The notes below the pieces were generated by a model. The model did not search any database. It worked only from the letters and a program-made list of their open reading frames with translations, and was not told the DNA's origin. A program made the position numbers and the translations under genes. DNA of 64,000 bases from an uncultured bacterium (GTDB lineage Bacteria; Patescibacteriota; Minisyncoccia; UBA6257; 2-01-FULL-56-20): the NCBI GenBank assembly GCA_963768625.1, contig CAVYIK010000003.1, forward strand, positions 454,715-518,714, written 5' to 3'. Positions 26,408-32,001 of this stretch are shown here, piece after piece (positions within the stretch are counted from its first letter, which is position 1; each line of letters begins with the position of its first letter).

Positions 26408-27427
26408 TCAATCGTCGTACACGTGCCGTGGCCAGCGGGAGCGGGAATATGATTCTATCTCGCTCAGCTTCAGCGAAGTGGAAATGTTCCCCGTTCTCAC
26501 GTAGAACTGTTCATTATTGTCGGCTTTGAGATAAACCGGCCGGGGGCTCGCGAGCACTTGGACAATGCAGAGATCGTGACTATCTAATTTGTGGAACCAT
26601 AGTTTGATCAAGCTGCGGAATTCCGGACCGATCATGCTGTTGAATGCCTGAGTAAAATGGTTTTCAAAGCCATCCGCGTCTTTTCTTTGAAGCGTTTGAT
26701 AGTCGTCCTCAAGGCCTAGGGGCGTCCGCGAGTCGTTTACCCCCAGGATCAAGTGCCCGCCCCTTGAGTTCAAAAAGGCAGCAACCGTTTTCATCCCCGC
26801 CTTTTCGATCTCGCGGTTTGCTTGGCCGGTTTTATGGTCAAACCGCAAAGACGATTTAAACTCCAGCCTGTCGTGCTCATTTTCCGAGAGGAGCTGCCGG
26901 AGGTCAGGCGCTCCCTTGAATGTGCTCTCGTGAGTATTGTTCTCGCGCCGAACGAGGTTGATAAAATTCCCCGGTCGCGAGATGCAAGTTAAGTTGAAAG
27001 ATGATGTGCCGGTCTCTGCGTGGATGGATCCATAATGAAAAAGTTTTCCCAGAAGATTTGATGAAGCAGTAAACGTCGTAGCATTGTTCACCCGAAATGC
27101 CCCTTCCTTCTTTAAGAAAATGCCCCGCGCGTAAGCAATCGAACCGGGGCGGATAACGTAGTACTCGTAATACCAAGAAAGGAACGCATATACGGTGACC
27201 GCAAATTGCGCTCCGGAGAGGAATAATATTTTTGCGATCTGGTAGGAAAGAAAGCTTGAAAAAGAAAGCTGCGTGTAAAGTTCATACTTTACATTGCCGA
27301 GCATGGCGGCTCCGAGATAAAGCAAAAATCCCGCAATCTCAATGATTGCGAATTTCCATACGAGAACAACGGGGCTCCGCTTGATCATGCGGCCCTCGTC
27401 CCATCCATGGACGCCCGGGGTTTTCAT
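26408..27427 (-). CDS. Membrane bPH_2-like module fused to an AlbA_2 (Schlafen-type putative nucleic-acid-binding) domain
   Basis: Intact 339-aa ORF. Three or more N-terminal TM helices and YYVIRPGSIAYARGIFLKKEGAFRVNN (bPH_2-like). The C-terminal ENEHDRLEFKSSLRFD...FLNSRGGHLILGVND...FYVRTGN is the AlbA_2 signature. Confidence 0.6.
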   Translation of the reverse strand: MKTPGVHGWDEGRMIKRSPVVLVWKFAIIEIAGFLLYLGAAMLGNVKYELYTQLSFSSFLSYQIAKILFLSGAQFAVTVYAFLSWYYEYYVIRPGSIAYARGIFLKKEGAFRVNNATTFTASSNLLGKLFHYGSIHAETGTSSFNLTCISRPGNFINLVRRENNTHESTFKGAPDLRQLLSENEHDRLEFKSSLRFDHKTGQANREIEKAGMKTVAAFLNSRGGHLILGVNDSRTPLGLEDDYQTLQRKDADGFENHFTQAFNSMIGPEFRSLIKLWFHKLDSHDLCIVQVLASPRPVYLKADNNEQFYVRTGNISTSLKLSEIESYSRSRWPRHVYDD

Positions 27428-27469
27428 AGATTGAGCATATCAAAGGTGGATGAACTTGGACAAGCTTTG

Positions 27470-27478
27470 TGGTAGAAT
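27470..27478 (+). promoter_or_regulatory. Extended -10 promoter (TGGTAGAAT) upstream of small ORF 27497
   Basis: ttgTGGTAGAATgg. The identical 9-mer recurs at 61905-61913. Confidence 0.35.
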
Positions 27479-27496
27479 GGGTTTGGGCGTAAGTCC

Positions 27497-27664
27497 ATGA
27501 TCGGAAGCTTTATCCTCGCATTTATTATCTGCGCTATCCCGATCGCTGCCGCTCTCTACGGCTTAACGCTCCTTACGAGTTCCATCGTTTTCAATTGGAT
27601 TTTTGTAATAATCGTATCTGCGGTCCTCGCGGTTGTCTGGACGGTGAAGTCGGAGATGAGCTAG
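27497..27664 (+). CDS. Small two-TM membrane protein (55 aa)
   Basis: Hand translation: MIGSFILAFIICAIPIAAALYGLTLLTSSIVFNWIFVIIVSAVLAVVWTVKSEMS. Below the ORF-track cutoff. Confidence 0.4.
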   Translation: MIGSFILAFIICAIPIAAALYGLTLLTSSIVFNWIFVIIVSAVLAVVWTVKSEMS

Positions 27665-27739
27665 CGTCGCGTGAGAGGTTGTGCGGAAAAAAATGACCCA
27701 GAGCGAACTCTGGGTCTTAGGGTGTCTCCTTCCGAACGG

Positions 27740-28021
27740 TCACCGTGGCTGGTGTTGCGCAAGGGCTTTTTTCTGCTTCGCCTCGATCTTTCCCATATGC
27801 GCAAGCCTTCTCTCCAGGTATCCCGCGAGCTTAACGCTCGGGCACTTCGTGACGTCCTTTAGGGTTCCAAGCTCGGCCACGGTATTGCTGAACTTGGCCG
27901 CCCTCCTGTAGGTCTCGTGCCATCGATTGTAGAGCCGCGCCCTCTCCTTCTCGTCTCTTGCGCCCTCATAGGACGCATGGGCGTTTAGGACTTCGTCGAC
28001 AAGGATCTTCACCGGTATCAC
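27740..28021 (-). CDS. Hypothetical helical protein (93 aa from the GTG start)
   Basis: Part of ORF 27740-28168. The start is moved to GTG 28021 because of the strong RBS cAGGAGGGttacGTG, and because a near-consensus plus-strand promoter occupies the ORF's upstream part. Confidence 0.4.
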   Translation of the reverse strand: MIPVKILVDEVLNAHASYEGARDEKERARLYNRWHETYRRAAKFSNTVAELGTLKDVTKCPSVKLAGYLERRLAHMGKIEAKQKKALAQHQPR

Positions 28022-28105
28022 GTAACCCTCCTGACGTGAATTTGCAGCAGCACTTATCCTATGATTTTCATATCTGGGTGTCAAACCTTCATTGGCGTGC
28101 GCCCA

Positions 28106-28134
28106 TTGACAAAGTGCATTTTGTATGCTAAATT
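28106..28134 (+). promoter_or_regulatory. Near-consensus sigma70 promoter TTGACA-17-TAAATT with TGc extension
   Basis: caTTGACAaagtgcattttgtaTGcTAAATTgt. Lies about 75 nt upstream of ORF 28211. Confidence 0.55.
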
Positions 28135-28210
28135 GTATTCGTGCACTCGTGTGGCATGTTCTTTCCAAATCTTATCCGTTCCCAATGAGGGGCGGAGAAA
28201 CAGGTGAATT

Positions 28211-28708
28211 GTGGAAAAGGCGGAAAAGCGTGTGATGATGGGCTTCGCCATTCTCGTACTTGCGGTCATCGCTGGCGCCGTGCTCATAGAAGTTACCCAG
28301 TACTACGTAAATAAGTACGATGCCGAGTATGCGAGAGTTGCCGCGACGAAGAAGGACTACGAGATGCGGATCAAGGCCGCGATGGACGTGACCAAGAAAC
28401 CGTGCGGTAACCACTACCAATTCGTCGAGCAGCCGTTCACGAGTGGAAAGTTCGCGCTGGTCTTTAATGGATACGTTATCGGCGAGGACTTTCCCTCGGA
28501 AGAAATAATCAAGTTCCACGAAGAGTGCGACAAAGAGGGCGGGTGCACTCTTTGGCGGACATACAAGGAAAACCTTCCGGATTATCGATTCGCGGATTTC
28601 GGTCCGAGCCCGACGATAAAAGCGTGCCCGGCGGACACGCGCAAATCACTTAACCACAAGCATCACCGTCAGAAAAGGCATGGATTTCTCCATGCCTTTC
28701 TTTTTTAA
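28211..28708 (+). CDS. Membrane-anchored hypothetical protein
   Basis: 165-aa ORF with a GTG start (ATG 28235 is the alternative). N-terminal TM helix MMGFAILVLAVIAGAVLIEV, then a Cys-containing soluble domain. No family recognised. Confidence 0.45.
   Translation: MEKAEKRVMMGFAILVLAVIAGAVLIEVTQYYVNKYDAEYARVAATKKDYEMRIKAAMDVTKKPCGNHYQFVEQPFTSGKFALVFNGYVIGEDFPSEEIIKFHEECDKEGGCTLWRTYKENLPDYRFADFGPSPTIKACPADTRKSLNHKHHRQKRHGFLHAFLF
28674..28706. terminator. Bidirectional terminator hairpin between convergent genes
   Basis: 11-bp stem aaaggcatgga/tccatgccttt with loop tttc. Followed by TTTTTT on the plus strand and TTTTCT on the minus strand. Confidence 0.7.
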
Positions 28709-29133
28709 TGCGCCCCGAGATTGGGGAGATCGCTCAAGAAAGAGTCGGCGTCAATATAGAACTTTTGACAGACAAGATAGAACACCTCCGGCTGCTCAAT
28801 GGGGCCTATCGTGATGACCGCTTTTCCCATGCCGTAGCCGATGCCCGCCTCAAGAAGCGAAGAATGCCCTGCCGGCTGGAGCAGGATGACCATGTCGCTA
28901 TTTTTGAGGCCTTCAAGCTCGGAGTCAAAGATCTTCTTGATGTTCGGGTCGCTTTCCCAGTTCACGAGCGCTTCGCCGAAGGTCTTTAATTCCTCTGTGA
29001 TAGAAAGTCCTGTGGACAGGTTTGAGCCGCTTTGCAAAAAGGAATATACCTCCACGCCGCGCTTCGCGAGTTCCTCGCTCAATTTTTGTACCGCCTCCCT
29101 GTTCCTCCAGGGAGAAGCAATAAAAACTTTCAT
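28705..29133 (-). CDS. Nucleoside 2-deoxyribosyltransferase-like protein
   Basis: MKVFIASPW... at the N-terminus and SDMVILLQPAGHSSLLEAGIGYGMGKAVITIG fit the Nuc_deoxyrib_tr fold pattern. Lies 4 nt downstream of the preceding gene in the smpB transcription unit. Confidence 0.45.
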   Translation of the reverse strand: MKVFIASPWRNREAVQKLSEELAKRGVEVYSFLQSGSNLSTGLSITEELKTFGEALVNWESDPNIKKIFDSELEGLKNSDMVILLQPAGHSSLLEAGIGYGMGKAVITIGPIEQPEVFYLVCQKFYIDADSFLSDLPNLGAH

Positions 29134-29137
29134 ACGG

Positions 29138-29635
29138 TTATTGCCCGCCGAACAAGTTCGAGAACCAATTTTTTATCATCGAGAAAAAGTCGCCGGATTG
29201 TGCATTGACGTTCGCCGTCTGGTTCTGCCCTCCGTTCAGGGCTGCGGCTGCACCGGGGACGGTGATGCTGTAGACCGTCTGGTTATTGGAGTTCGAGATG
29301 AGCGTGCGAACCGGGTCGATGGTGACCGTCACTGAATATGTTTTGCCCGTCCGCATACTGAGCGCGCCATAGGTGAGATAGCTATACGCGCAGGCCTTTG
29401 GCTGGATCGAAGAAGCGGAAGTGACCGTTGCCGTTTGGCCGCCGACGGCGACCGTGACCGGCACCGCTTGGGTCACTGCCTTCGCGCCGCCGTTGCACAC
29501 CGCCACGCCGAAATTCTGCATATCTCCGGCAACCTGCCCGAGGCCTCCATTATAGAGGTTCACGCCTGCGGCCAGCACCGCGAGGGGAAGTGCGAGCGCC
29601 GCAACGCCCGCGGACACGATTAATATTTTTTTCAT
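29138..29635 (-). CDS. Secreted hypothetical protein (signal peptide, Gly/Thr/Val-rich beta-type domain)
   Basis: The start is taken at MKKILIVSAGVAALALPLAVLAAG within ORF 29138-29704. No family recognised. Confidence 0.5.
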   Translation of the reverse strand: MKKILIVSAGVAALALPLAVLAAGVNLYNGGLGQVAGDMQNFGVAVCNGGAKAVTQAVPVTVAVGGQTATVTSASSIQPKACAYSYLTYGALSMRTGKTYSVTVTIDPVRTLISNSNNQTVYSITVPGAAAALNGGQNQTANVNAQSGDFFSMIKNWFSNLFGGQ

Positions 29636-29675
29636 ATTTGCAGTATAGCACAAACGGCGTCGGTCTGCAACGCCC

Positions 29676-30113
29676 TTATCCTGCGGCGCGCATTTCCCGC
29701 TCATGGGAGCGCTTTTTTAGCGCCTCGCGCTGGTCGGATTTCTTCTTTGAGCGCCCGAGGCCGAGCGCGAGCTTTATAAAACCCCTTTGGAGGTAGGCAC
29801 GAAGCGGAACAAGCGTCCGTCCTTTTTCCTGGAGCGCGCCCGTCAGGCGTTTTATCTCTTCCTTTGTAAGCAGGAGCCGCCGCGAGCGATCCTCTTCGTA
29901 TCCTGCCGGAGTGTTCTTCGGTTGGTACGGCGGGATGTGGGAGTTTACGAGCCATGCCTCGCCGCCGCGGATAAGAACGCGGGCGCCCGCGATCTGGAAG
30001 CGGCCGCCCTTCGCACTTTTCACCTCATGACCCAAGAGCTCAATGCCGGCGTTGTAGGTTTCCTCGATGTTGTAATCGAATCCCGCCCGTTTGTTTTCCG
30101 CGATGTTCTCCAT
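29676..30113 (-). CDS. smpB: SsrA-binding protein SmpB
   Basis: The 145-aa sequence contains NKRAGFDYNIEETYNAGIELLGHEVKS...LLLTKEEI...GRTLVPL...G.IKLALGLGRSKK, which is typical of SmpB. Confidence 0.9.
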   Translation of the reverse strand: MENIAENKRAGFDYNIEETYNAGIELLGHEVKSAKGGRFQIAGARVLIRGGEAWLVNSHIPPYQPKNTPAGYEEDRSRRLLLTKEEIKRLTGALQEKGRTLVPLRAYLQRGFIKLALGLGRSKKKSDQREALKKRSHEREMRAAG

Positions 30114-30119
30114 AGGTTC

Positions 30120-30128
30120 ATTCTAGCA
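30120..30128 (-). promoter_or_regulatory. Extended -10 promoter (TGCTAGAAT) 6 nt upstream of the smpB ATG (leaderless-type)
   Basis: Minus strand reads ttTGCTAGAATgaacctATG. Confidence 0.45.
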
Positions 30129-30170
30129 AAGAAAACCCGCTTTGGCGGGTTGTGGGTTTTGCGGTATCGT

Positions 30171-30261
30171 AAAGAAAAAGGGCGGCAGGAGTTGCGCCAC
30201 CGGGGACGGAGCCGAGAGCTCCGGTAGAGTTCCCCGGCTTCTCCCACCGCCAGTTGCAACC
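30171..30261 (-). ncRNA. Candidate ~90-nt hairpin sRNA between smpB and argS
   Basis: Minus-strand promoter TTGCAA-16-TATAGT (30268-30295). A long imperfect hairpin spans 30181-30251 (11 + 7 + 6 bp). Two positions are G-U on the minus strand but C-A mismatches on the plus strand. Followed on the minus strand by CTTTTTCTTT. Confidence 0.35.
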
Positions 30262-30274
30262 AAGAACACTATAT

Positions 30275-31963
30275 ATGAAAAAGAGGATCTTGCAAATATT
30301 GAAAAAAGCGTTGGGCGCAGGCGCGCTGCCGGCCGAGGTTTCTGTCCCTGAAAAGGAGAATTTCGGGCATTACACGACGAACATCGCGATGCGGCTCGCG
30401 GGCGGCGGCGCGCCGCTCGCGCGGGCACAGGCGCTTGCGGAAAAAATAAAAAAGGCGGCTCCTGTGGGTTTTTTTGAAAAAGTGGAGGCCGTGCCGCCCG
30501 GCTTCGTGAATTTCTGGTTGAGTAAAAAAACGTTACAGGAGGAATTTCGGGATGTTGCGGGAGAAAAAGAGTACGGCAGGGGCAGCATCGGCGCCAAGAA
30601 GACGGTGATCGTGGAATATTCCGATCCGAACATCGCAAAGATGATGCACGTTGGGCATTTGCGGACCACGATCATCGGCGACGCGCTTGCGAACATCCTT
30701 GCGGCCTCGGGCTACAAGGTGGTCCGATGGAACTATCTCGGCGACTGGGGCACGCAGTTCGGCAAGCTCATTGCGGCATACAAACTGTGGGGCGACGAGG
30801 CGGCGATCAAAAAGAACCCGATCGAGGAACTGCAGAAGCTCTATGTCCGTTTCCATGACGAGATGAAGTCGAAACCCGAGCTTGAAAAGCGCGGCCAGGA
30901 AGAGTTCAAGAAATTGGAGGAAGGCGACGCGGGGAACAAGAAGCTTTGGGAACGGTTCAAGAAAGAATCACTTAAGGAATTTGAGAAAGCATACGAAACG
31001 CTCGGCGTGAAGTTTGATCTGTGGATCGGCGAGAGCTTTTTTGAGCCGGAGATGAAGCCGCTCGTCAAAGAACTTTCAAAAAAGAAGATCGTGGAGCGGA
31101 GCGAGGGATCGCTCGTCGTAAAACTGGACGATCAGGGCCTCCCGCCGGCGCTCATTGAGAAATCCGACGGCGCGAGCTTGTACCTTACGCGCGACATCGC
31201 GAATCTCCGCTATCGGCTCAAAAAATACAAGCCGGCGAAGATCCTTTATGTGGTCGGGAACGAACAGTCGCTCCACTTTGAACAACTTTTTGCCATCGCG
31301 AAGATATTGGGCCTTGATGCTGCGGAGATCAAGCATGTAAAATACGGCCTTGTTCTCGGTGAAGCGGGCAAGAAGCTTGCGACGCGGGAAGGGCGGACGC
31401 AGTTGCTTAGCGAGGTGGTTGACGAAGCGGTCGTGAAAGCGAGGGAGATCGTCCAAGAAAAGAGTCCGGACCTCTCCGATGTGGAAAAGCACGAGATCGC
31501 GTATGCGGTCGCGCTCGGCGCGCTCAAATACAACGACCTTAAGGAGAATCGCACGACAGATATTATTTTTGACTGGGATAAAATGCTTGATTTTACGGGG
31601 GACAGCGCGCCCTACCTCCAATATACCTACGCCCGCCTCACGAGCATCTTGCGCAAGGCAGGAAAGGCAGGAAAAGCGGATTTTGGCGCACTTGACACGG
31701 AACCCGAGCTCGGACTCATGCGGAAGATTTTTGAATTCCCGGACATTGTGGAGCGGGCGGGCGAACTGTATTCCACGAGCACGCTCGCCACGTATCTTTA
31801 TAAGCTGGCCGTCGCGGCAAACAAATTCTACGAGACCACTCCCATATTGAAGGATGAAAACGCGCCGCGCCGCAGCGCGCGCCTCGCGCTCGCGGGAGCC
31901 GCTGCACGAACGCTCCGCGTGGGCCTCGCGCTCCTCGGCATCAAAACGCCCGAGAAGATTTAA
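30275..31963 (+). CDS. argS: Arginyl-tRNA synthetase
   Basis: Intact ORF. Class I motifs PNIAKMMHVGHLR and the DALR anticodon-binding region (YLQYTYARLTSILRK). The start is taken at MKKRILQ, the second ATG of ORF 30254. Confidence 0.9.
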   Translation: MKKRILQILKKALGAGALPAEVSVPEKENFGHYTTNIAMRLAGGGAPLARAQALAEKIKKAAPVGFFEKVEAVPPGFVNFWLSKKTLQEEFRDVAGEKEYGRGSIGAKKTVIVEYSDPNIAKMMHVGHLRTTIIGDALANILAASGYKVVRWNYLGDWGTQFGKLIAAYKLWGDEAAIKKNPIEELQKLYVRFHDEMKSKPELEKRGQEEFKKLEEGDAGNKKLWERFKKESLKEFEKAYETLGVKFDLWIGESFFEPEMKPLVKELSKKKIVERSEGSLVVKLDDQGLPPALIEKSDGASLYLTRDIANLRYRLKKYKPAKILYVVGNEQSLHFEQLFAIAKILGLDAAEIKHVKYGLVLGEAGKKLATREGRTQLLSEVVDEAVVKAREIVQEKSPDLSDVEKHEIAYAVALGALKYNDLKENRTTDIIFDWDKMLDFTGDSAPYLQYTYARLTSILRKAGKAGKADFGALDTEPELGLMRKIFEFPDIVERAGELYSTSTLATYLYKLAVAANKFYETTPILKDENAPRRSARLALAGAAARTLRVGLALLGIKTPEKI

Positions 31964-32001
31964 TAGGAAAATCGGCAAAAATCTGGTATTTTAAGGGGAT
32001 A

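Larger units (their letters stand above)
21002..28708. mobile_element. Integrative island (cryptic prophage/satellite-like) at the ssrA 3' end; right boundary approximate
   Basis: A large serine recombinase sits at the ssrA-proximal edge. The sequence is visibly more AT-rich than the flanks and carries only phage-like or hypothetical cargo. It ends near the bidirectional terminator at 28674-28706, before the smpB operon. Confidence 0.6.

Noticed and set aside
28700-29700. A second (attR) copy of the tmRNA 3' end marking the right end of the ssrA island.
   Set aside because: I scanned the island and its right flank for GGTTCGATTCC-like and CGTCTCCA-like strings and found none. This is consistent with a serine recombinase, but it means the right boundary is inferred only from composition, operon structure and the terminator at about 28.7 kb.
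30171-30275. A T-box leader regulating argS, or a 4.5S/SRP RNA formed by the long hairpin.
   Set aside because: There is no T-box 14-mer (GGGUGGNACCNCG-like), no specifier-loop architecture and no terminator/antiterminator on the plus strand. The apical loop UCUCG and the internal loops do not match SRP domain IV. The G-U analysis favours the minus strand.
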